DNA of 64,000 nucleotides from Octopus bimaculoides (taxonomy: Eukaryota): NCBI RefSeq assembly GCF_001194135.2, contig NC_068994.1, positions 6,990,313 to 7,054,312 on the forward strand. Reading direction: 5' to 3'. The notes below the pieces were generated by a model. The model was not told where the DNA came from. It made no database searches and saw nothing but the letters and a program-made list of their open reading frames with translations. The position numbers were made by a program, and so were the translations under genes. Positions 1 to 11,879 of this stretch are shown in pieces (position 1 is the stretch's first letter; the number at the start of each line of letters is the position of its first letter).

Positions 1-95
1 TGTGATTTTATTTGGCTTGATGGGTCTTCTGCTCAAGCACGACATAATGCCAAAGGTTTTGGTCATTGCCTCTGTAAGGCCCAACACACACACAT

Positions 96-130
<35 letters not shown>

Positions 131-415
131 AGAAAGAGCATCAATAATAGGCTTTACACATTTATTTATGCATCATGGCTTTACAGCTGTTTCTGATAGG
201 TGTGTTCATAGTTCTGTTTACTCAATTAGTCAGTTGATCAATTGGAGAAAGTGAATGACCTTGATAAATACTATCGTCTTCAGAGTCTGTGTGTGTGTGT
301 GTGAGTGGATTGTCTACCTGGACTTTCGTCTACTCTCCTACACCTGGACTCCTACACTTCGACTGGACCTCTCCTACCCATGAATTACACTGGACTCTTC
401 CTTTGATGATGTATG

Positions 416-448
<33 letters not shown>

Positions 449-612
449 TGTTGGGTATGTTGTATCCTTTTATATAGCCTCATAGCTTAGTGGTCCAACA
501 AACAGTGATTGATGTGCCAGACCAGAATAATACTAGGATTAATATAATCAAGATTATACATATGTCAATGTATATATACATACATGTATGTATGTATCTA
601 AGTAGTTGTATG

Positions 613-672
<60 letters not shown>

Positions 673-1204
673 TGTGTGCATGTTTGTGTGTATGAACACA
701 TACATACATTTTGTGTGTGTGTGTGTGTGTGAAGCACCTCATCCACAACCACCACCACCAATAACAACAACAGTAGCAACACACACTAAAATATTTTCCA
801 CTTACCCAACGACAAAAGTATTATTAACGGTCATCAGCCAAGTGACATTATCATTAAGACAAAACAAGCATCACCATTATGATTGTTCCATCAGCCAATA
901 TCATCACCACCACCATCATCATCATCATCATCATCATTATTATTATTATTATTATGATAAGAACGGCACTGAATGACAACGTTGAGGAAGAGATGGAAAA
1001 CGAAGGAAGTGATAGAAGGAGGAGGCGGAGGAGGGGGAGGAGGAGGAACAGTAGTAAGAGGTAGGCAGGCTGACAGAGGGGGCATCAAAGCCAGACTTGT
1101 TAACCAATATTATACAGAGGTATTAAAGACAAAAGCAGCAAGTAGTATCAGCATTTATGTTGTTGTTGTTGCTACTGTTGCTGTTATAGTTGTTCATGCT
1201 GTCA

Positions 1205-1243
<39 letters not shown>

Positions 1244-1569
1244 TTATTGATTTACTCAACCGTGTCAGCATAGTTTTTTTTGCAGATCAATTTATCTTGA
1301 CATATATCTTCCAGGCTAAATGTCACAGCATTATGATAGACTTGGCAGCAACAGACAAAGACGGACGTTAGAAGATGTTAACAAAAAAAATAACAAACAG
1401 ACGTAGCATTGTAGCATTCGCCTCTTATGTCTGTAATTACTACACACACACACACACACACAGACACACACACACACACACAGAGGCAGCCACTCTTGGC
1501 TAGTTAGACGTCCTCACGCCTGTTGAGTCTCGTGAACAATGCCTAAGTTAATGTCTATGTTAGAGGTGT

Positions 1570-2365
1570 TGGAAGTGGTGGTGGTGGTGATGGTTGTTGA
1601 TTGTAATGATGGGGGGTGATGATGATGATGGTGATGATAGTGTGTGTGGAGATGGTGGCGGTGATGATGATGATGGTCCGTTAGTGGCGAGATGATGATG
1701 ATGGTGGAGGTGACATTGGTGATGAGATTTGTGATGGTGGTGGTAGTGGTGGAGATAATGATGATGGCGGTGTTGATGACGACGATGATGGTGGTGGTGG
1801 TGGTGGTGGTAGTAATGGTGATGATGTTGAGAATGATGTTAAGGGAATTGATGATGATGATGATATAATGATGATGATGATGACGATGGTGGCAATAATA
1901 ACGACAACGATGATGATGATGATGATGATGGTAGCAATAATAATGATGACGATAACGATGATGACGGTGATGATGATAATGATGATGATGACAATCGTGA
2001 CAACGATGATGATGATGATGATGATGATGAGAATGGTGGCTATAATAATGATGACGACGACGATGACAATGATGACGATGATGATGACGATGATGATGAT
2101 GAGAATGGTAGCAACGATAATGATGATTGACGGTGATGATGATGAGAATGGTGGCTATAATAATAATGATGATGATGATGACGACGACGACGACATCGAC
2201 GATGATGATGATGATGACAATCGTGACAAGGATGATGATGACAGTCACAATGATTAAGATGATGACTATGATGGCGGTTACAGAGACGACTATAACAGTG
2301 CTGATGCTGATGATGATGATGATGATGATGATGCTGATGATGATGATGGCGATGACAATGATGAT
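1570..2365 (+). repeat. Compound (GAT)/(GGT)/(AAT)/(GAC) trinucleotide tract with higher-order units
   Basis: GATGAGAATGGTGGCTATAATAAT and GACAATCGTGACAA blocks recur within the tract. This tract generates the poly-His/Asp/Met ORFs. Confidence 0.9.
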
Positions 2366-2859
2366 AAAGATGAAACATTTACAAACAGCAAATCCGTTTT
2401 TTTGCCAGTCTCAGGGCAAAGTCTCAGATACGCTGTGTATCATCATCGTCATCTTTGATGTTGTTGTCATTGTTGCCGTCATCAGATTAACAATCACATT
2501 TCCCTGAACGTATGTATGTGTCTGACAGAATTTATCAAGGCCCATTTATTTATTTATTTATTTATTTATTTATTTTTTCAGCCAAGTGCCCTTTCCTGTC
2601 ACCTGCCTCCACCTGTTTTTCAAGCAAAAAGGCATTCTCTTTCCCCCACACCCCACCGGGGCCCCAGCCAACGTTTCCATAATAAAAGATCAGAAACGAA
2701 AGATGCTGCTTGTATGAATAGTGGCGCTCGTTTTACTGCTGTTGCGCAATGTCAGGACAAGGAGAGAGACACATGCACACCCACGCATACGTGCATAAGG
2801 TCGCATTAGCATCAAAGCTGAAATTGCGAGACAAACACTCAGATTCACTCGCAATAAAT

Positions 2860-3500
2860 ACACACACACACGCACATAGACACATATACACACACACATA
2901 CGCCCACACGCACATACACAAACTTACACACACATACACAAACTTATACATACAAACATATACAAACTTACACACGCCCACACACACATACACAAACTTA
3001 TACACACGCCCACACACACATACACAAACTTATACACACACACACATATACAAACTTACACACGACCACACACATACACAAACTTATACACACGCCCCCA
3101 CACACACACACATACACAAACTTACACATGACCACACACATACACAAACTTACACACACGCCCACACACACATACACAAACTTATACACACACACACACA
3201 TATACACACACATACACAAACTTACACACAACCACACACACATACNNNNNNNNNNCATATACACACACATACACAAACTTACACACAACCACACACACAT
3301 ACACAAACTTACACACACACACATACACAGATTTATACACACGACCGCGCACACACACATATACACGCACATACACAAACTTACACACGACCACACACAT
3401 ACACAAACTTACACACATACCCGAACTTATACACACGCCCACACACACACACATATACACGCACATACACAAACTTACACACGACCACACACACATATAT
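2860..3500 (+). repeat. CA-rich minisatellite, ~26-32-bp unit (CACACACATACACAAACTTATACACAC..)
   Basis: The ACAAACTTA core recurs throughout the tract. Confidence 0.9.
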
Positions 3501-4136
3501 TTAGGTATTTAGTTTAGGGATGAGCCAAGGATGAACATTCATGTGAAAAGTTATGACTAGAGTAAAGAGTAAAAAAGAAAGAACATTGAATACACAGGCA
3601 AATAGAAGAAACAAAGAAAGAAAGGAAGAAGATGTATAATAAGGTGAAACCTACCTATGTTGGAAACTAAGTCTGTAGTTCAGGCGAAATAGCATTTGTG
3701 CTTGATTAAAGGAATATTTCATTTCGTTAATTCTACCTGTAATTACAAAGAAACATTAATAAAATCTCGTTAAGTTTTGAAACATTGTCGAACAAATATA
3801 GGGACAGGATGAAAGCCACAACAAATACAGATGAAAATGATAAAATAAATGCACGTCGGTTGCCAGGCATGGTGTTGTGGTTAAGTAGTTCATTTTGGAA
3901 CCGTGAGGCTGCAGGTTCAATCCCACTGCATGGCAGCTTAGGCAGGTGTCTTCTGTTGTAATACTGGTATGACCACATCTTTCAGTTTCCATCTACCAAA
4001 TCCACCCACAAAAGTTTTGGTCAACATCGGTTGTCAAGTGATGGTAGGGGAGGGGACAAACAGACATACAAAAACACACACACACACACACACACATATA
4101 TACGATAGGCTTCTTTCAGTTTCTGTCTACCAAATC

Positions 4137-5038
4137 NNNNNNNNNNNNNNNNNNNNNNNNNNNNNNNNNNNNNNNNNNNNNNNNNNNNNNNNNNNNNNNN
4201 NNNNNNNNNNNNNNNNNNNNNNNNNNNNNNNNNNNNNNNNNNNNNNNNNNNNNNNNNNNNNNNNNNNNNNNNNNNNNNNNNNNNNNNNNNNNNNNNNNNN
4301 NNNNNNNNNNNNNNNNNNNNNNNNNNNNNNNNNNNNNNNNNNNNNNNNNNNNNNNNNNNNNNNNNNNNNNNNNNNNNNNNNNNNNNNNNNNNNNNNNNNN
4401 NNNNNNNNNNNNNNNNNNNNNNNNNNNNNNNNNNNNNNNNNNNNNNNNNNNNNNNNNNNNNNNNNNNNNNNNNNNNNNNNNNNNNNNNNNNNNNNNNNNN
4501 NNNNNNNNNNNNNNNNNNNNNNNNNNNNNNNNNNNNNNNNNNNNNNNNNNNNNNNNNNNNNNNNNNNNNNNNNNNNNNNNNNNNNNNNNNNNNNNNNNNN
4601 NNNNNNNNNNNNNNNNNNNNNNNNNNNNNNNNNNNNNNNNNNNNNNNNNNNNNNNNNNNNNNNNNNNNNNNNNNNNNNNNNNNNNNNNNNNNNNNNNNNN
4701 NNNNNNNNNNNNNNNNNNNNNNNNNNNNNNNNNNNNNNNNNNNNNNNNNNNNNNNNNNNNNNNNNNNNNNNNNNNNNNNNNNNNNNNNNNNNNNNNNNNN
4801 NNNNNNNNNNNNNNNNNNNNNNNNNNNNNNNNNNNNNNNNNNNNNNNNNNNNNNNNNNNNNNNNNNNNNNNNNNNNNNNNNNNNNNNNNNNNNNNNNNNN
4901 NNNNNNNNNNNNNNNNNNNNNNNNNNNNNNNNNNNNNNNNNNNNNNNNNNNNNNNNNNNNNNNNNNNNNNNNNNNNNNNNNNNNNNNNNNNNNNNNNNNN
5001 NNNNNNNNNNNNNNNNNNNNNNNNNNNNNNNNNNNNNT
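4137..5038. other. Assembly gap (one of many: also 12739-13205, 18852-19489, 21660-22082, 31233-31372, 33265-33625, 42220-43138, 44222-44559, 47782-48081, 52134-52307, 57605-57733 and short 10-N gaps)
   Basis: Runs of N. Confidence 1.
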
Positions 5039-5958
5039 TTCACATTGAGGCTATGAACCTCGTACATAAAAAGTCATAAATTAAGGCATTTGCTTCTTAC
5101 GATTTTTCATTACACAATATGAGGCACTCATCCTCTTAGGTTTTTTCGCCCGATATAGCCTTCGCTTCTCTCAAGCAAAACGATGGGTCTGGGTCGGGCC
5201 ACTTTTCAATACTGAATTCGCCGAGGGGGAAGGAATTCACCAACGCACTTAAATGCCTACTCGACACGACCGCCGCAGACACCTGCGGAGGCCAGTCCGG
5301 ACCCTTAGTACAAGCTACTTACCACACAGCCACTCCGGCACCTTTATGTTCTGAGTTCAAATTCAGTTGAAGTTGACTTTGCCCTTACATTCTTTTCAGG
5401 TTGATTAATTAAGAACCACTGGAGCACTGAGACTGATGTAATCAACTTACCCCCCCTCCCCCGTAATTGCTGGCCTTGTGCCAAAATTTGAAATCACAAT
5501 TTTTTTAGGCAACTAGTTAACTGATTGACCAATTAAGTAATGGATTGCTTGGTCAATCATTTGGTCACTCAGTCAGTAGGTTTGTCCGACCTTTTGCAAC
5601 CTCGTCAATAATGAACCTTTGTCTGTCACACTCACAATCTCATTTGTTAATTGGTTAATTACTTAACTAGTTGATAACAAATACTACTGCTAATAATAAT
5701 AATAATAATGATGATGATGATGATGATGATGATAATGATGATCTTTTCTACCTTTGGCACAAGGCCTGAAATTTTGTGGGAAGGGGACTAGTCGATTATA
5801 TTGACCCCAATATTCAACTGGTATTTATTTGACCGACCTTGAAAGGATGAAAGGTAAAGTCAACCTCAGCGGAATTTGAACTCAGAATGTAGAGATGGAT
5901 GAAATGCCACTAAGCATTTTGCCGCCCTGTGTGCTAATGATTCTACTACCTCACTGCC

Positions 5959-6001
<43 letters not shown>

Positions 6002-6387
6002 TAAATGAAAAGACGTGATATATAACCAGGGTGAGTGTGTTTTATTGGCAAAATGACCCTCCCAAAGTATAACGACATCTATTTGAATATACAGTTTTAT
6101 ATCAAGAATCATGCAAAACAAATATGTAAACGATATATTCTTTCGACTTAGCTGTCTGTGTTGCCAACCAACAAGGAGGATGTCTGGCTCTTTAGTATTT
6201 AAACCAACTTTGTCCAATCCATATATATATTCTACCTGCTTTATGTTCAAACTGGCCAGATCCAGCCTCTCACACTAACCCCATAATGTCATTCTAAAAA
6301 TAACAAATACATCATTGTAATTTCAAAGCTGTGAGATAATGTTTGATTAATTGCAAACTGTGAATAAAGAAGAATTTATATTTGACA

Positions 6388-6781
6388 AAATGTTGTTGGC
6401 ACTCCGTCGCTTACGACGTCGAGGGTTCCAGTTGATCCGATCAACGGAACAGCCTGCTCGTGAAATTAACGTGCAAGTGGCTGAGCACTCCACAGACACG
6501 TGTACCCTTAACGTAGTTCTCGGGGATATTCAACGTGACACAGAGTGTGACAAGGCTTGACCCTTTTGAATTACAGGCACAACAGAAACAGGAAGAAAGA
6601 GTGAGAGAAAGTTGTGGTGAAAGAGTACAGCAGGGTTCGCCACCAACCCCTGCCGGAGCCTCGTGGGGCTTTTGGTGTTTTCGCTCAATAAACACTCACA
6701 ACGCCCGGTCTGGGAATTGAAACCGCGATCCTATGACCACGAGTCTGCTGCCCTAACCACTGGGCCATTGCGCCTCCACTC
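6388..6781 (-). mobile_element. Full-length tRNA-derived SINE (family B) nested in a family-1 MITE
   Basis: Reverse complement is colinear with 17430-17814. TSD ATTTGACA (6380-6387, 6782-6789). Confidence 0.9.
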
Positions 6782-7338
6782 ATTTGACAGAATAATCTGA
6801 ATGTTAAAGGGGGTTAAAGGGCAGAACCTCAAGAGTCCCTTCTATCTTGTAGTCGTTGTTACTCAGAGTAACTGTTGCGTAGGTGCATTACATTCGCTCA
6901 ATTGTACTTTACATAATGTAAACCGCACTCAGCGTTTGTTGCAACATACATAATCAGATCAAGTGGATTAACAACAACAATAACAAAGCTGACATTCAAA
7001 GAAGTGAACCATCAACATGACTAATAACTGTAATACTCGGTAAATCAACAGGCCTTTATGTGGTCACTTAGCTTGCTAGAAATAGTAGCCAGATACCCCA
7101 GAAATCTCATCCTGCTGTCTTTAGCAAAATACATATTGGATAACGTGGTCCTGGATTCTTAACATGGGATAAAGGCAAGATGGTCGTGGCTGGAATGCCT
7201 TTGATCACAGTTCAATTAGGACCTATATTTGAAAATATATAACACACATTTAATCCCCCAAAAATGTCTCAAAGAAAAAAGAAAATCACTCCAGGACTTA
7301 TCTGTGAAGTTAGCCCTCCCATTCAAAAGTTGAAGTTT

Positions 7339-7589
7339 AAAGTTTCCTCCTCGGGTCATACCGACTCATAAGGGTCAGTCTCCCGGTTTCAGTGGCGTAT
7401 ATATTCCCCACCTGAACAGGATGCCAGTCCGTCACAAGATAACTCGTTTTTGACAGGTGAGTGGACTGGAGCAACGTGAAATGAAGTGTTTTGCTCAAGA
7501 ACACAACACGTCGCCCGGTCCAGAAATCGAAACCACAATCTTACGATCATGAGTCCAACACTCTAACCACTAAGCCACGTGCCTCCACT
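7339..7589 (-). mobile_element. tRNA/CORE-type SINE with an alternative tail
   Basis: Head and core are as in family C (7460-7589), but the 3' ~120 bp are unrelated. Confidence 0.7.
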
Positions 7590-8442
7590 GGGCCTCCCAT
7601 TGGCTCATTTTGTCCTTGATGCTTACCTTTTTCCTGAATCTGCTCAGGTGAAATTGGGGTGCATCTAACATTGGCTTCGAAATTTGGCACAAGGCCAGCA
7701 ATTTCAAGGGATGGTGAAGTAAGTCGATTACAGAAACCCCAAATGCTCAACAGGTACTTATTTCATCAACCCCACAGAGATGAAAGGCAAAGCCGACCTT
7801 AGCGGAATTTGAACCTGGAACTATTACCAGCACTGCCAATGACAAAACCAAGAACAACATCAATAATGACACTCTACCACCTAAAACGATGGAACGACAC
7901 ACTAGGTAATGCAGTTCTGGATACACAATGCCTGAAATACAAAAAAAAAAACAGGATGGTCATGGCTGGAACGCTTTTGGTTATAGGTCTGTCCAAACAC
8001 AACTGACTAGGGACTTGCCTGTTTTATTTTATTTTATTTTATATCTTACTTTTCCATCTTTCTACACTTATACTCCACTCAGTTGAGGGGGAAGGGGATT
8101 TTGTCTCGCAAGTACTTGATGACCTCACTAATGCTCATTTGTTAATTGGTTAATTAGTTAACTAGTTCAGTAGTAGTAATAATAACAGCAACAACAATCA
8201 TCATCATCATCATCATTTAACATCCGCTTTCTATGCTAGCATGGGTTGGACGATTTGACTGGGGACTGGCGAACTAGAAGGCTACACCAGACTCTAATCT
8301 GATCTGGCAGAGTTTCTACAGCTGGATGCCCTTCCTAATGCCAACCACTCCAAGAGTGTAGTGGGTGCTTTTTACGTGCCACTGGCACGAGGGCCAGTCC
8401 AGCAGTACTAACAATAACAATAATAATAATAATAATAATAAC

Positions 8443-8960
8443 TGGAACTTCCCAATACAGACAGAAAAATTGATTCCAATCGACCAGACATTGTGATCAA
8501 GGACTACAACAGAGGAACTTGTCTGTTAATAGATATGTCTGTCCCACAAGGTCAAAATGTCTCAGGAAAGGAAAACGAAAAGGTTTCTCACTATAAAGAT
8601 CTGCAAATTGAAATCTCAAAAATGTGAAAGCTTAGTACTATGATAATACCAGTGGTATTTGGTGCGTTGGGAATGATAAAGAAGGGAGCTGAGAAGTATA
8701 TTGAGCAACTCCCTGGTAACTCCAATCTCCGTGAACTACAGAAGACAACCTTGATGGGTACAGCCCATNNNNNNNNNNGACAACCTTGATGGGTACAGCC
8801 CATGTACTACAGAAAGCGCTCTCCATCTAAAATGGTATAAATGTGGTGATCATTTTAGCATGCATAGCAAAACAAAAGAGCCCTTGCTATTCTTAGCCTC
8901 TGGAGGATGCCAGGTACTAAAAGGCAGCTGATATAAAGTTCTAATGAAAAGAAACTATAA
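8443..8960 (+). mobile_element. 5'-truncated R4/Dong-type (restriction-like endonuclease) non-LTR retrotransposon, 3' fragment with 3' UTR
   Basis: WNFPI/TDRKIDSNRPDIVIKD..CLLIDMSVP..KENEK..YKDLQIEISKM*KL..IIPVVFGALG..LQKTTLMGTAHVLQKALSI* is a PD-(D/E)xK RLE domain, with one frameshift and one TGG>TGA. It is flanked on both sides by (TAA)n. Confidence 0.8.
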
Positions 8961-8974
8961 ATAATAATAATAAT

Positions 8975-9195
8975 TATACACAAACATGCACCACCCAAAA
9001 GCAGAGGTTGATCGTCTGTACATACCTAGAAGTAGTGGGGGAAAGGAATGATGCAGGTAAAACTGTGCTATAAGACCTCCACAATAGCAATGAACAGGTA
9101 CTTGTCTAGTACAGACAAATGGATACTGCGGCTTGTGTGCAAATACGAAAGCAGCAAAAAAATCACATTCTATTGTCAGAGAAGCTTTCAAATCC
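8975..9195 (+). mobile_element. Second R4/Dong-type fragment (post-RT region)
   Basis: MHHPKAEVDRLYIPRSSGG(K)GMMQ matches the HHPKxDxDRLYxPRxxGGRG motif of R4/Dong ORFs. One frameshift near 9043. It starts directly after (TAA)n. Confidence 0.75.
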
Positions 9196-10233
9196 AAGTG
9201 GTAGTGGAACAGACACAAATACACACAAACAAACAAACACATATACCTATATAAGACAGGCTTCAACAGAGTTTCTTAATTCTTCATTGCTCACAAGGGG
9301 CTAAACATAGAGAGGACAAACAAGGACAGACAAAGGGATTAAGTTGATTATATCGACCCCAGTGCGTAACTGGTACTTAATTTATCGATCCCGAAAGGAC
9401 GAAAGTCAAAGTTGACCTCGGCAGAATTTGAACTCAGAACGTAACAGCAGACGAAATACCGCTAAGCATTTCGCCCGGCATGCTAATGTTTCTGCCAGCT
9501 CGCCGCCTTTTACACAGTTTCTGTCTACCAGATTCACTCACAAGGCATTGCTTGGCTTGGGACTATTGTCAAAGACTCTTGCCCAAGTTGCTTTTGCAAT
9601 GGAATTGAACCCAAAACCACATGGTTTCAAAGCACACTGCTTAACCACAGAGTCATGCCTCCACCTACATATATTAGTTTTCACACAGTTTCTGTCAATT
9701 AAATTTCATTCACAGGAATAAGATCAAGACAAGGCTACAGCAGAAGACACTTGTCCATGGCAGACTGCAGAGGAATTGAACCTGCAGCCACCTGATTGAA
9801 GAACCAAACGTCTTAACCACATTCCTACGGCCTGCAAATGTTTTGTGCAGCATTCTCTATTAATTTTACCATCTGTCTCCCTGAATAATTACAACAGTCA
9901 CAACAACAACAACAATAATAATAATAATAATAATAATCTAACAATAATAAACAAAATAAAGGCCAAGTCTTTAAGAAGCAATTAGTGTTTATGAGATTAA
10001 TCTAAATGCCACTGTAGTTGTGGAAGATTAATGAAGGTGAGAAAAACTGACATTCATTAATTGTGTATGTGCACGTGGTGCATATGGGCTGTGTGTGTGT
10101 GTGTGAGTGAGTATAGTATGTGCTGTGTGTGTGGGGGTGGGTGGGTGTAATGTTAACCGTTTCCTCCAGCTTTTATCAAAACTGATGGTATGAATACTTT
10201 AAATAATTTTTCACTAATGAGAACATGAACTCT

Positions 10234-10272
<39 letters not shown>

Positions 10273-11159
10273 ACACACACATGATGGTTGCAACTTGATT
10301 TTGAGTTAAGCCATCACTTAATCATTCTTTTAAACATCAGCAACATGGATGTGGATTTTTTCCAGTCCTGCTCGGGACTTACCCTCTTTTATCACAAATG
10401 CAGCAGTGATGGGCACCTCTTACAGTAGGTGCTACAATAATGTTTCTGGTAAACTTTTATGAGAAATTTCGGTCCACTTCCCCATGAACATTCTTTTCTA
10501 CACCCCCTGCATATTTCCCTATGGCTGGACATGTTTATATAGTAAACAGGAAGCAAATGACATTATGTGTATGAGAATAACATACTATATAATTGTTTGA
10601 TGTCAAGACAAGGATACACATACACACACATAGATATATGTATGTATATACATACACATATATATGCATGCACACACACACACATATAAATAATGTGTTA
10701 CCACACAGTTTCCATCAACCGAATTCACTCACAAGGCATTGGTTTGCCCAGGGCTATAGTACAAGACATTTGCTCAAGATGTGATGGAGAGGAATTGAAA
10801 CCAAGACTTGATTACAAAGAGAACTTCTTGGCTATTTAACTCTCAGGTCTGAGGATAACCTCCATTCTTTTCTTCCTTTGCCATTATTCACACACACACA
10901 CACACTCATATGAGTGTGTGTGTGGGGGGAACTGCAAATATATATATATATATAATATAATATAGGATAAATTCTTTATAAGAATTTATCAAGTAGTCAG
11001 CGTGAAAAAACCTCGACTTATTTAGTCCCTCGATAGCGTGAGGCATTAATACACAGTTAATGCCCTTTATATATATTTAAATATATTTATATATATATAT
11101 TTCGTTTTTGGATTTGGTTTGCAAAATTTTTTATGTGATTTCGTGTGTTGAAGCATATT

Positions 11160-11416
11160 CTGTTGTGTCTGAGGAGAGTCATTTTCTTATTGTGCCTTAA
11201 AATTTAACACACTCACCGGTAAAATTTCCACTTATTTCTTATTTTTATCTTCCTAAAATTTTCGTTGCGTCTTGCAACCTTTTCAATAGTCTTGACTCTT
11301 GCAAGACGTAACGAAAATTTTAGGAAAATAAAAATAAGAAATAAGTGGAAATTTTACCGGTGAGTGTGTTAAATTTTAAGGCACAATAAGAAAATGACTC
11401 TCCCCAGACACAACAG
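11160..11416. repeat. Long inverted repeat, 118-bp arms, 21-nt spacer
   Basis: Arms 11160-11277 and 11299-11416 are reverse complements. I found three mismatches by eye (11267/11309, 11249/11327, 11172/11404). Confidence 0.95.
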
Positions 11417-11451
<35 letters not shown>

Positions 11452-11688
11452 ATGTATATATGCAGACATACATGCATGTGCTCCCATACTCGAAGATGTG
11501 CATACTCACACATGTACACATATGCATGCACACACACATCCACACAAGACCGGTCGCTATCCAGCTATTTAGTGTCTGAAGCTAAACATTCATCCCAACC
11601 CATGAAACATTTAACCAACCAACCAACCAAACAACCTGTTGCGTCAACCTGTTTATTGTGGTAAACCTAACATTTGGATAAAGTAACT

Positions 11689-11725
11689 GGGGTTGGGTTA
11701 GGGTTAGGGTTAGGGTTAGGGTTAG
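11689..11725 (+). repeat. Interstitial telomeric repeat (GGGTTA)5 plus one GGGTTG variant
   Basis: Five exact GGGTTA units at 11695-11724, preceded by GGGTTG. Confidence 0.9.
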
Positions 11726-11879
11726 CAGGAAGTGTTTCAGCCAGACCAAAAGATAAACTGGCCGTGAGGGGATGGACGGAGAGAGATCTGTGAGTGTTTG
11801 GTGGTAATGGTGATGGTGGAGGTGGTGGTGGTGGTGGTGGTGGCATGGACTGTGGTCATGGTAGTTTGAAAGGAGGAGT

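Noticed and set aside
2-3517. Many ORFs of 60-250 aa (poly-His, poly-Ile/Tyr, THTH.., poly-Met/Asp)
   Set aside because: They are translations of CA/TA/GAT microsatellites and minisatellites with no domain content. The same applies to similar ORFs throughout the window.
3969-5067. Long ORFs spanning N runs (also at 12.6-13.4, 18.6-19.6, 33.1-33.7, 42.1-43.3 and 47.7-48.2 kb)
   Set aside because: They are open only because N codons contain no stops.
6700-6780. tRNA-like sequences (also 17430-17510, 58310-58385, 59375-59445)
   Set aside because: They have A/B boxes but no complete cloverleaf or acceptor stem, and each continues into a repeat body. They are SINE heads, not tRNA genes.
8746-8801. 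Exact direct repeats flanking gaps (also 50298-50346/50357 onward, and 57415-57604/57734 onward)
   Set aside because: Identical sequence on both sides of an N run indicates unmerged contig overlaps, i.e. an assembly artefact.
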